A stretch of 64,000 bases of DNA, from NCBI GenBank assembly GCA_964291285.2, contig OZ219786.1, forward strand, positions 384,001 through 448,000, written 5' to 3'. The notes beneath the pieces were generated by a model that saw only the letters and a program-made list of their open reading frames with translations, searched no databases and was not told the DNA's origin. The position numbers were made by a program, and so were the translations under genes. The DNA comes from Alphaproteobacteria bacterium. GTDB taxonomy: Bacteria; Pseudomonadota; Alphaproteobacteria; Bin95. Below are positions 41,766-51,604 of this stretch, piece after piece; the first letter of the stretch is position 1, and every line of letters begins with the position of its first letter.

Positions 41766-42309
41766 ATAAATGCAGTTCCTCACCGTCAACTACATGCGTC
41801 ACTTTCTGCGCACGGCGCCCCTCCTCAGGCGCACGGACGCGAGCAGTAGATGTTGCCGTGGTCGCACCGCCGGCACAGCACAACCTGGCGATGGCACGAA
41901 GCGCAGGTGAACAGGCGGGCGGCGTTCCTCATCGCAAAGACCGATGAGAACGGGGTGGACCCACGCCCGAACGCCTACGATACTGCGCATACGGGCCGCG
42001 CCTTGCATGGCTCGGGGGGTGCGGCGCCGGTCGTTGCCACCAAGCAAACCGGGCCGGCGCCGCATCGTTCTCAGCAGCCCGAGTCTAACCCCTGTCGCAG
42101 CCCGGGGACCCCCGCCGACAGCGCCAGGACACCCTCCCCTCGGCAGGCGAAAATATCAACGCGACGGGGGCCGGCGACTCCAGTCGGGCTACGCCCTCCT
42201 TCCGTCCCCGGCCCCCGTCACAAATGCCGCGGCGCCACCATCACAATCGGCGCCGCGCTCCACAAAAACGCACGGCGCCATCAAATATGCGCTCTGTAAC
42301 CGGCGCTAA

Positions 42310-43534
42310 TACCAACCGCAAGTCATATAGACCGATGCATTGGGTCGTGGGGATCGTCACGATGGTGCGACGGCCCAGCTTCGCCGGGTTGTTTTGGTGA
42401 TGATGTCGGGTTGCTCGATGAGCCATTGCCATGCCGTCCGGCAGGCTTCTCTCAGGGCGGCGACATCCGTGAACACACGGTTGGCGAAGCGGTTCGATTT
42501 CAGGACCAGTATGATCTGCTCCATGGGATTGAGTTCCGGACTGTATGGCGGCAGATGCAGGAGCGTCAGATTGGGGGGGACGAGAAGGTCGCCCGAGCGA
42601 TGCCAGCCTGCCCCGTCCAGTATGACCACGCCGTGCGCACCCGGCGCCACGGCCGCGCCGATCGCCGCCAGATGCTCGTTCATCGCCGCCGTGTTCGCCC
42701 TGTCCGCCACATGGGCGATGCCGACGCCGCGCTGTGCGCAGGTGGCGCCGAACAGATAGACATAGCCATAGCGATGGTCGCGCACGATGCGCGGACGTTG
42801 CCTCCCGCGCGCCCAGACGCGCGTCGTCATCCCTTTCTGGCCGATGCGCGCCTCGTCCTGGAACCAGATTTCGATCGGGCCCGCCAGCGCCTCGGAACTG
42901 AGCATCGACGTCACCCTTGCCTCGAAGTCCGCCACGAACGCCCCCTGCCGCTCCGCGTCGGCCCTGGGGTGGACCGGCCGTCCCGAGACAAAACGAAACC
43001 CGGCCCTTCGGAGCATCATACGGGCGCCGCTCTCCGTATAAATGACCCCGAAGGCCTCCTCGATTTTCCGTATGATGTCCTGAACCCGCCAGCGCGTGAC
43101 ACCGTCCCGCTCAAGATCGGGACCCGCCTCGACCCACAACCCGATCTCGGCAATCCGAGCCTCCGTCAACCGACCATCGCTGCCCCCGCGAGGACGATCC
43201 GCAAGCCCCTCGAACCCCTCCGCATTGTAGCGCAGCACCCAGTCGCGCAGAACTTGAAGCTCCATGCCCTGCGCCCGCGCCGCCTCCGTGCGCGACGCCC
43301 CATCCATGATCATCGCGATCGCACGAGCCCGACAGGCTTGCTTCGCCTCACCGCAGCGCTTCGCCAGATCATGGAGATCGTCCGATCCATGCTCCGTCCA
43401 GGTTATCGGCGTCGCCGCACCCATCATCATCCTCCAACCCCAAGACTGCCTGACATCACTCTATCAACGTTGTCCGGCACCTCACCTCAACACAACATGT
43501 TGGAACAATGAGTCAATTCGAACCGCGCTTGGTA
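42310..43534 (-). mobile_element. IS630-family element, copy 2 (intact)
   Basis: 1225 bp, TACCAA...TTGGTA, flanked by TAA on both sides. Confidence 0.95.
42357..43430 (-). CDS. IS630 transposase
   Basis: HTH N-terminus, FQDEAR, LDGAGWH, YSPELNPME. Confidence 0.95.
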   Translation of the reverse strand: MMMGAATPITWTEHGSDDLHDLAKRCGEAKQACRARAIAMIMDGASRTEAARAQGMELQVLRDWVLRYNAEGFEGLADRPRGGSDGRLTEARIAEIGLWVEAGPDLERDGVTRWRVQDIIRKIEEAFGVIYTESGARMMLRRAGFRFVSGRPVHPRADAERQGAFVADFEARVTSMLSSEALAGPIEIWFQDEARIGQKGMTTRVWARGRQRPRIVRDHRYGYVYLFGATCAQRGVGIAHVADRANTAAMNEHLAAIGAAVAPGAHGVVILDGAGWHRSGDLLVPPNLTLLHLPPYSPELNPMEQIILVLKSNRFANRVFTDVAALREACRTAWQWLIEQPDIITKTTRRSWAVAPS

Positions 43535-43697
43535 TAACACTCCTGTCCGCTGCATGGTCGTCCTGCCGGCGTCTCCATCCACGCGCCTCCCACCGGCAGG
43601 AGGCGAGGTCTGGCCGTGAGTGGGGCGGCGGTCGGCGCTCCGGAGGGAGAGTAGCGCTGCCGCCGTTCCCGTTCACCTGTCGAAGGAGCACGGCACG

Positions 43698-44024
43698 ATG
43701 CAGGCGGCAATCGCACCGCGCGGCGACGCGCGCACCTATCTCATCCACTTCGTCGGCGGCGGTCTCGAGGACGACCGTTATGTCGTGGAGCGGTTCCACT
43801 CGCTCGCGAATGGCGAGATCGTTCCCGTCCAGTCCGGCGGCACGGCACACAAGGGCCGTCGCAAGGCCCGGGGCACGATCGTCACCGCGAAGGCGCTTGA
43901 GGAGATGCGTCCGGCCCGGGACGAGATCATCATCGCGACGGGGGTCAGACTGCGGCATTGCGGGGTGCAGCTGTGGGGCTGGCGCAGCCTCGGGATCTTC
44001 GCCGACCGCCGCCAGCGCGGCTGA
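43698..44024 (+). CDS. Hypothetical protein (paralog of 60596-60910)
   Basis: AAGGAG RBS; shared motifs GLEDDRYVVERF / GLQDDHYVVERY and MRPARDEI / LRPARNEI. Confidence 0.75.
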   Translation: MQAAIAPRGDARTYLIHFVGGGLEDDRYVVERFHSLANGEIVPVQSGGTAHKGRRKARGTIVTAKALEEMRPARDEIIIATGVRLRHCGVQLWGWRSLGIFADRRQRG

Positions 44025-44104
44025 CCGCCCGCCTCGCCGGACGTCCGGCCGGCCCGCCGCCGGCCGGGCGTCTCCCGCCCGACCCCGCACCATCGACGAG
44101 GAGA

Positions 44105-45097
44105 ATGGCCATGGCTTGCCGGGACCCGGAAGTCCACAAGGCCCGCGAGCGCGAGCGTATCGCCCAAGGCCTGTGCCCGCGCTGTGGCAAGGTCCCGCCC
44201 GCACCGGGTCGCAGCGTCTGCGCCGGGTGCTCCGCGAAACGCAGCCGCGCCCGCGATGCCCGTCTGCACGCCGCGGGCACACCGCGAAGGGACCCCGAAA
44301 CCGTCCGGCAGTCCGAGCGCCAGCGCACCCGCAGCAAGAGGGAACAAAGGGCCGCCAAAGGCCTCTGCACCCGCTGCGGCAATGCGCCGGCCGCCGATGG
44401 CCGCGCGTCCTGCGAGCCGTGCCTGGAGAAGCGCCGGGCAGCCGACCGCGCGAAATACGCCGCCGGGAAAGCCGCCGGCCTCAGGTATGGCGGGGCCGAT
44501 GCCGAAGCCAAAAGGCGCGCCGCCCGGGCGAAGAGCAAGCGCCGCCAGAAAGCCCGGATCGAGACGGGACTCTGTATCCGCTGCGGCAGGCAGCCCCCTG
44601 CCGGGGGCGGAACCACCTGCCAGCCCTGCCGGGACAGGAGGCAGGCGGCGGAACGCCGGAAATACCGGGACCGGCGCCAGGCCGGGCTCTGCACCCGGTG
44701 CGGCGCCGCCGTCCATGACGGTCTGTCGCGCTGCGCTGCGTGTGCCGCCATCGAGGAGGCCAGCCACGACCCGGAGCGCAAGAACGCGCGCTAGCGGCAG
44801 TTGTACGCCCGACGCCGGGCCGCCGGCCTGTGCACGGCCTGCGGGGCGCCGTCACAGGGGGCGGCGCGCTGTGCGCCCTGTGCCGAGAGGTCGTATCACG
44901 GCTCGGCGCATTTCAGGGGCATCCCGGTCCACGAGCCGGTCTGGACCGTGATCGAACTGGAGACCGGCCGCGAGCACGGTCCGTTCGACGATCCGGCCGA
45001 TGTCGCCCTCTGCCTCGCCTTCGGGAAGCTCGACCGCAACCGCGTCGAGATCGTCGCCGACGCCCCCGTCACCGCCTCCTTCACCGCCTGGACCTGA
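44105..45097 (+). pseudogene. Tandem Cys4 zinc-finger repeat protein (5 units), in-frame TAG at 44792
   Basis: Repeats GLCxxCG...CxxC; frame continues past the stop to a C-terminal domain shared with 59158-60462. Confidence 0.8.
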
Positions 45098-45287
45098 CCT
45101 GCTGTCCCGGGCGGCGATGGCGGCGCTTGCCTGGCCGCGATCCGCCGCGCCGTCCCTGTGTCGTGGAGAGGAGTGAAGCGTCTGCCGGGCGAGTGTCCGG
45201 CAGGGCGGAGGAGAGGACTCTCCGCCGATGCCGGATCGATGTCCGGCACAGGTCGCCGGCAGGGCAACGGCAAAGGAGACCCCGCCC

Positions 45288-45551
45288 ATGTTTCATCCCG
45301 ATACATCCCTCGACCTTCCGCTCGGCTGCGACCTGCTCGCCGAACTCGGCGTCGACCGCCGCACCGTCCGCGAGATCGCCGGGGACGAGCGCGCCATCCG
45401 CTGCCCCGACAGGGGCGCGGCCTGTCCGGTGCACGGCTTCGCGAGCCTCTTCCCGGAACCGGCGTTCGGGATGTCCCTCCAGGACCCGGCGGAGCCCCGG
45501 AACCCGGCGGCACCGCTCCCTCCGGCGAACCGGAGGTGGAGGAGGGCCTGA
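45288..45551 (+). CDS. Hypothetical protein
   Basis: AAGGAG RBS before ATG 45288; co-oriented with neighbours. Confidence 0.4.
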   Translation: MFHPDTSLDLPLGCDLLAELGVDRRTVREIAGDERAIRCPDRGAACPVHGFASLFPEPAFGMSLQDPAEPRNPAAPLPPANRRWRRA

Positions 45552-45645
45552 AGAGATTGAACGGTCGGGGGTTCGGGGGAGTGACCCCGGCCCCGTCCGT
45601 TCGCAACCCACCGTCATCGACCAGAACCCATGAAGGAGATTCCCC

Positions 45646-46095
45646 ATGGCCTTCGGATTGAACCGCGCGGAACTGATCGGCCGCCTCGGCGCCGACGTGA
45701 CCGTCAACCACCTCCAGAGCGGCGGCCGCGTCGCCAATCTCTCCATAGCGACCGACTAGTCGTATATCGACGCCAAGACCGGCGAGCGGCAGGACCGCAC
45801 CGAGTGGCATCGCATCGTCACCTTCCAGGACGGGCTGATCGACATGCTCGCCAAGCACGCCACGAAGGGCCGGCTGGTCTACATCGACGGCAAGCTCCAG
45901 ACCCGGCGCTGGTCGAAGCCGGGCGAGGACTCCGACCGCTTCTCGACCGAGATCCTGCTCGTGCCCGGCGGGCGCGTCCAGTTCCTCGACAAGCCGAACG
46001 GCAACGCCGCGCAGCCCGGCCCGGACGCGGCGGGCGGCGCCGGCTCCGCGCCGACCGGCGCCGATCCGATGGATGGGGACCATATCCCGTTCTAG
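45646..46095 (+). pseudogene. ssb: Single-stranded DNA-binding protein with in-frame TAG at 45757
   Basis: GLNRAELIGRLGAD...SIATD*SYID...TEWHRIVTF...IDGKLQTRRW...DHIPF. Confidence 0.9.
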
Positions 46096-46277
46096 AGCTT
46101 CCCGTTCTTCCCTCCCCACAGGGCCGGCGCCTCGCGCGCCGACCCTTTTCTCATGCGAGCAGGTTCGAGTCTCGCCGCGGCGCATACGGGAGTGGGAGCG
46201 AGGCTGGAAAGCGGGTGAACCGCGCGAGGAGGAGAGGGAGCCCGCTCGCGCACCCGTCACGCGACCCGGAGAACCCG

Positions 46278-46505
46278 ATGAGCACCATCTCCTTTCGCCG
46301 CATCGCCCCCGACGAATCCCGCATCTACCGGGACGGCGACCATGTCGGCGACATCCACGCCTTCGACGACAGCATCCGGCCGGGGCGCAGGGTGTTCGCC
46401 ATACATCTCGACGAGGACCCGCGCGGGCCGGTGTATCTCCACGACCGCACCCGCATCCGCGAGACCGCCCGGCAGCGGGTCGACTCCCATCCCCTGTGGG
46501 GTTGA
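46278..46505 (+). CDS. Small hypothetical protein
   Basis: GGAG RBS, 75 aa, protein-like. Confidence 0.6.
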   Translation: MSTISFRRIAPDESRIYRDGDHVGDIHAFDDSIRPGRRVFAIHLDEDPRGPVYLHDRTRIRETARQRVDSHPLWG

Positions 46506-46897
46506 CGCAAGGGCGGGCAACGGCGCCTCCCGCTCCGGCGCCGTGCCGGCCGAACCGCCGATGGGGTCCGTGCAGGGCGAGAGAAATACGCCACCCCGCT
46601 GTGATCTCCAATCGTGTCACACGTGCTCCCTCCGCCAACCCCGCCGCAGGCGGGGTCCTCCACTCCGCTCGCGCTCCGTTCCGGCCGGGACTCGGAATGA
46701 AACGGCGCAAGCGCCTGGGCCTGACGGCATGCGCGACCGTGGCTCCGCACTCGCTGCGCTCGCTTGTGCGCCCGCACCACTCGCGCATCCCGCCAGGCCG
46801 TTCATTCCGGCCCCGGTGGCTGCGGTCCGCGCGCGTGTCCCGACAGGACATCACAACGGGGATCGGCCCCGAACGTGAAAACCGAAAGGAAAACGAC

Positions 46898-47824
46898 ATG
46901 ACCTTCCATACCGACGCCATCAAGACCGCCGCGCAGTCCGCAACCGCGATCGTCTGCGACAACGCCGCACTCTTCGGCGCAACCCCCGAGCGCGACGAGT
47001 TCGATACCCGCGATGTCTGGGACGAGGACGATGCCATCGCCGCCGTCGCCGAAGCCTTCCGCATCCTCAGCCAGGGCGTCGCGCCCGATGGCTACCAGAT
47101 GGCAGACGAACGCGAACACCTCCTCTGGGGCTTCGTCAACATGCTCCACGCCCAGACACAGCGCCTCGACCGCAGCGTCGACAAGCTCACCCCCGAACTC
47201 CAGGACCTCCAGCGCACCCAGGACGGCTCCGAGATCAGGTCGCTGGAACTGGAACTCACGACCGACCGCGCACAGTGCCTCTCCGACCGACGCGACGCCT
47301 TCGAGACTCTCCGCGACGAGGCCGCCGAAGCCTACCGCGCAGACACCGGAGACACATGGCGGCCCCGGCGCGGCAGCCACGCCAGCCAGACCGGACATCT
47401 GACCTCCGCAGCCATCGACGCCCGCGACTTCGTCCGCGCCCGCAAGGACCGCAAGACACAGGCTCACCTGCCCCAGGGAACCCTCGTCGCCATCGCAGGC
47501 GGAAAGGACATCGCAAACCCGGCGGCAGTCATCGAGCGCCTCGACAAGGTCCGCGCCAGGTATGCCGACCTCGTCCTCGTGCATGGCGGCGGTCCCGGCG
47601 TCGAGAAGATCGCCGCAAGCTGGGCAGAGCGCAACGGCGTCCACCAGGTCGTCTGCAAGCCCGACTGGGACCGCCACGGTCGCGCCGCACCCTTCCGCCG
47701 CAACGACGAACTGCTCAACCTCCTGCCCAAGGGCGTCATCGCCTTCCCCGGCTCCGGCATCACCGAAAACCTCGTCGACAAGGCCCGCAGCCTCGGCATC
47801 CCGGTCATGCGCTGCGCCGCCTGA
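46898..47824 (+). CDS. DUF2493 / YspA-like SLOG-domain protein of conjugative elements
   Basis: LLWGFVNMLH N-domain; VAIAGG, LVHGGGPGVEKIA, RAAPFRRND, IAFPGSGITENLVDKA. Confidence 0.85.
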   Translation: MTFHTDAIKTAAQSATAIVCDNAALFGATPERDEFDTRDVWDEDDAIAAVAEAFRILSQGVAPDGYQMADEREHLLWGFVNMLHAQTQRLDRSVDKLTPELQDLQRTQDGSEIRSLELELTTDRAQCLSDRRDAFETLRDEAAEAYRADTGDTWRPRRGSHASQTGHLTSAAIDARDFVRARKDRKTQAHLPQGTLVAIAGGKDIANPAAVIERLDKVRARYADLVLVHGGGPGVEKIAASWAERNGVHQVVCKPDWDRHGRAAPFRRNDELLNLLPKGVIAFPGSGITENLVDKARSLGIPVMRCAA

Positions 47825-47889
47825 CACGCAGCACCCACGGGCCGCGTCGTCTCCGCTCCGGCGGCGGCGCGGTCCGTCTCCGTATGCGC

Positions 47890-47940
47890 ACACCCGTCGC
47901 GCTGCGCCGCCGACACCCGTCGCGCTGCGCCGCCGACACC
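47890..47940. repeat. 23-bp tandem duplication
   Basis: ACACCCGTCGCGCTGCGCCGCCG twice plus a partial copy. Confidence 0.8.
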
Positions 47941-48796
47941 TCGCGCGCGCTTCGCGCCGCGTTCGTGCGGAGTCTGCCCCGGACTGCGGTCCGGGGATGC
48001 CGCATCACGCGCCGCTGCACCATGCTTCGCATGGGTGCATCGCGGGCTGCGCCGAACCCGGCGCAGGGCCGCCGGCACTGCTGACCCGCCCACTGCCGGC
48101 GCTGCTGCCGGACCGGCACGACACCGTGCTTCGCACCGCTGCCCGCAGTCGTGCAGGTGCCGCCGTCGGCGCCTCCGATCGCAACGGCTATCGCAACCGT
48201 CACCGCACCCGCGCGGCTGACGCCGCGGTAACGGGTGCGCCATCCCCGGCTGCGTCTGGCGGCAATGTGTGAGCAGCACGCGATCACCCTGAACAGCCCC
48301 GCTTTCGTCCAGCACGCCTGTATCGCGGTAACATGTGCGCGGCGTCCTTCGGCTCCGCGGAACATGTGCGGCGGCGCCCGTGTCGCCGGGGTAACGCCGC
48401 CGGCTCCGGTGCGCCATGTGTGAAGACTGCCCTCCGCCGTTTGCACGCCGCGCCGCGTTCTGTTACCTCTGCGACCGAACGACAACGCGGAACGCGCCCG
48501 AAGATCGCGGACCGGTCGTCTCGCTCAATCGCCGCGACGGCTCCCGTCCCTTGTGACGCCGGCGTTTCAGGCGATGGTGGTGTGCAGGGCGACCTCGCCC
48601 GATCTCGACTCCGTTCGGAGTTTTACCGTCACACCCGACTCACCTGAAGGTGAAGGTATGCCAGGCGCGCGCCTGACCGCTCTCCGCTGCGATTTCAACG
48701 CCTCGTGACGACACAGCGTTGTTGGGCCGAGTGTATGCCCGAAGCATACTTGCGTAACACAATCCGTGTTCGGCAAACCGTTTCAATGACTTGCGC

Positions 48797-48918
48797 GCAG
48801 TCAATCTGACTGCTCGCTCCGGTTCTCCAAGGTTCGCAAATTTCCTTGATCCTGAAAAGCACTCAGATTGACTGTGCGCTGGGCTACGCCCGCCATTGAA
48901 AGCAGTCAGATTGACTGC
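48797..48918. promoter_or_regulatory. Three near-palindromic 17-18-bp boxes (candidate protein-binding sites)
   Basis: GCAGTCAATCTGACTGCT (48797), AGCACTCAGATTGACTG (48858), AGCAGTCAGATTGACTGC (48901). Confidence 0.55.
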
Positions 48919-49100
48919 ATGGGTCGTGCCCCCAGGCGTGGTGTAGGAGCTGGAGCCACCATCGGTAGCTGTGGGTAAGTGGCCCGCCGCCGCGACCGTC
49001 TGGAGTCTGGCGGCGGCGGGCCACTTATCCATAGCGGATGGCCATCGCGGTGCCGGTAGGGTTGGGCTTCCACAGTCCATCCGACCGGAGGAGTACCACG

Positions 49101-50303
49101 ATGACCACCACCGACATGATGACCCTGCGGGCGCTGTTGGAGAAGAGTTCCGACGCCGATCTGCTTCGCGAGATGATCGGGTTCACGGCCGCGCGTCTGA
49201 TGGCGCTTGAGGTTGAGGGCCTTGCGGGCGCCGGGCACGGCGAGCGTTCGCCGGACCGGATCACGCACCGCAACGGCTACCGCGACCGGGTCTGGGAGAC
49301 GCGCGCCGGCACGGTCGAGCTGAAGATCCCGAAGCTGCGCAAGGGGAGCTACTTCCCGGGCTTCCTTGAGCCGCGGCGGATGGCGGAGAAGGCGCTGACG
49401 GCGGTGATCCAGGAGGCCTACATCAAGGGCGTATCCACCCGCTCGGTCGACGACCTGGTGCAGGCGATGGGCATGTCGGGCATCTCCAAGAGCCAGGTGT
49501 CCAGGCTGTGCGGCGAGATCGACGACAAGATCCGCGACTTCCTCGACCGGCCGCTGGAGGGCGACTGGCCGTATCTGTGGCTGGACGCGACCTATGTGAA
49601 GATGCGCGAGGCCGGGCGCATCGTCTCGGTCGCGGTCACCATCGCGGTGGCGGTCAACGACCAGGGCCGGCGCGAGGTGCTCGGCATGGCGATCGGCGCG
49701 TCCGAGGCCGAGACCTTCTGGACCGACTTCCTGCGCTCGCTCGCCCGGCGCGGCCTGCGCGGCGTCAAGCTGGTGATCTCCGACGACCACAAGGGCCTGA
49801 AGGCCGCCGCGACCCGCATCCTCGGCGCCACATGGCAGAGATGCCGCGTGCATTTCATGCGCAACCTGCTCGCCCATGCCGGCAAGCAGGGCCGGCGCGT
49901 CGTCTCCGCCTTCGTCACCACCGCCTTCGCCCAGGAGGATGCAGACAGCGCCTCCGCCCAGTGGCGCCAGGTCGCCGACCAGCTCAGGCCCAAGGCGCCG
50001 AAGCTCGCCGCCATCATGGACGAGGCCGAGCACGATGTTCTCGCCTACATGACCTTCCCGGCCGCGCATCGCGCCAAGCTGCACTCCACAAACCCGCTCG
50101 AACGCCTCCATGGCGAGATCAAGCGGCGCACCAACACCGTCGGCATCTTCCCCAACGAGAACGCCATCACCCGCCTGATCGGTGCCATCCTGCTCGAGCA
50201 GAACGACGAATGGGCCGTCCAGAGAGCCAGATACGTAACGCTGGAATCCATCGCTCCCGTGAGCGACAATGCAACCGTCAAGCTGCCCGCCGTGGCAGCC
50301 TGA
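49101..50303 (+). CDS. IS256-family transposase
   Basis: [58 protein letters not shown]. Confidence 0.97.
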   Translation: MTTTDMMTLRALLEKSSDADLLREMIGFTAARLMALEVEGLAGAGHGERSPDRITHRNGYRDRVWETRAGTVELKIPKLRKGSYFPGFLEPRRMAEKALTAVIQEAYIKGVSTRSVDDLVQAMGMSGISKSQVSRLCGEIDDKIRDFLDRPLEGDWPYLWLDATYVKMREAGRIVSVAVTIAVAVNDQGRREVLGMAIGASEAETFWTDFLRSLARRGLRGVKLVISDDHKGLKAAATRILGATWQRCRVHFMRNLLAHAGKQGRRVVSAFVTTAFAQEDADSASAQWRQVADQLRPKAPKLAAIMDEAEHDVLAYMTFPAAHRAKLHSTNPLERLHGEIKRRTNTVGIFPNENAITRLIGAILLEQNDEWAVQRARYVTLESIAPVSDNATVKLPAVAA

Positions 50304-50479
50304 GCCTACCGGCCCTACCCGCCGGACACCGCCACGGGCGCCAGGCTCTTACACCACGGCCGCACCTGCCGGTGCTAACTATCTGACATAGCGTCGTTTT
50401 TTCTCCCGAAATGCAGCGGTCGGGCAAGCGGGTCGCAAGGGCCCGTTCCCCGGCTGCAACCGGAGCCGGGAGAAACGCA

Positions 50480-51604
50480 ATGGCGAAGACTACCCTTACC
50501 GAGGCGCGCGTGAAGGCGCTCAAGCCCCGCAGGTCCGTCCGCGAGGTCCGCGACGGCAGGCTCAGGGGGTTCGGCGTCCGTGTGTCGCCCTCGGGCCGCA
50601 AGCAGTTCTTCATCCACTGCCAGCATCGCGGCGTGCGTATCTGGAAGATCGTCGGCGACGCCGGGTCGATGAGCGTCACGGACGCGCGGTCTGCGGCTGC
50701 GGACATGCTTGCCGCGATCAGGCGCGGCGGGGAGGCGCCGCTCACGCCGGACGAGACGCTCTTCGAAGCCGTCGCCGAAACCGTGTTCGAGCGCCATGCA
50801 AGGCTCTGGAAGGCCGGAACGCTCGCTGTCAACCGCAGCTATCTGCGCAACCGGCTTCTGCCGCATTTCGCCGGGCGTCCGGTTGCCGCCATCGACCGGC
50901 AGGAGGTAAGGAACTGGTTCGCCCGCCTGCGCGCGACGCCGGTGGCGGCGGACCGGTCGATGCCGGTGCTGTCCGTCATCATGAGGGAGGCGGAGGCCAT
51001 GGGCCTGCGCCCGGAAGGGTCCAACCCCTGCCGGGGCATCCGCCGCTACCGCCGCAAGGGCCGCGAGCGGTTCCTCCCGGACGAGGAAATCCGCCGCCTG
51101 TCCGCGCGGCTCAAGGCGCATGAGGCCCGCTGGCCGCAGCATGTCGCCGTCATCCGCCTGCTGCTGCTGACCGGCTGCCGCAAGGGCGAGATCCTCACCC
51201 TGCAATGGTCCGACTACCGGGAAGGCCGCCTGTTTCTTCGCGACTCCAAGACGGGGCCGAGGACAGTCTGGCTGTCGGAGCCGGCCCGGGCCGTTCTCGA
51301 CGGCCTTGAGCGGGAAGGCCGCCATGTGTTCCCGGCCCCGGATAGCGACCGGCCCCGGAGCGGAAGCTGGCTGGACCACTTCTGGCGCAGGGTCCGCGCC
51401 GAGGCAGACCTGGAGGACGCCCGCCTTCACGATTTGCGCCATACGCATGCGAGCCTTGCCCTCCGGCAGGGCGTGACGGTGCTCGCCATCGGCCGGTTGC
51501 TGGGCCACCGCAGGCCGGAAACCACGCTGAAATATACCCATGTCGCCGACGCCATGGTGCAGGACGCTGTCGAGACGGTCGGCGCCGTGCTGGAGGCAGA
51601 CTGA
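50480..51604 (+). CDS. Tyrosine recombinase/integrase with N-terminal arm-binding domain
   Basis: GFGVRVSPSGRKQF; TGCRKGE, SKTG, HDLRH, LLGH, KYTH. Confidence 0.95.
   Translation: MAKTTLTEARVKALKPRRSVREVRDGRLRGFGVRVSPSGRKQFFIHCQHRGVRIWKIVGDAGSMSVTDARSAAADMLAAIRRGGEAPLTPDETLFEAVAETVFERHARLWKAGTLAVNRSYLRNRLLPHFAGRPVAAIDRQEVRNWFARLRATPVAADRSMPVLSVIMREAEAMGLRPEGSNPCRGIRRYRRKGRERFLPDEEIRRLSARLKAHEARWPQHVAVIRLLLLTGCRKGEILTLQWSDYREGRLFLRDSKTGPRTVWLSEPARAVLDGLEREGRHVFPAPDSDRPRSGSWLDHFWRRVRAEADLEDARLHDLRHTHASLALRQGVTVLAIGRLLGHRRPETTLKYTHVADAMVQDAVETVGAVLEAD

Larger units (their letters stand above)
37955..43539 (-). mobile_element. Decayed IS21-family element (contains IS1380; IS630 sits in its terminus)
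   Basis: Left end TGTTAGCGACGGTTACAGAG. Right end CTCTGTAACCGGCGC-TAA-CA is restored when IS630 copy 2 is removed. istA remnant inside. Confidence 0.8.

Noticed and set aside
4193-43534. Composite transposons bounded by the paired IS5 or paired IS630 copies
   Set aside because: Each copy has its own local duplication and restorable empty site, so they are independent insertions.
41531-45759. Amber (TAG) recoding suggested by in-frame TAGs in the IS1380 transposase, zinc-finger gene and ssb
   Set aside because: The residues expected at these positions differ (Tyr/Phe-like versus Glu), and TAG is the normal stop of the RT, effector, DUF499 and MBL genes. Ordinary nonsense mutations fit better.
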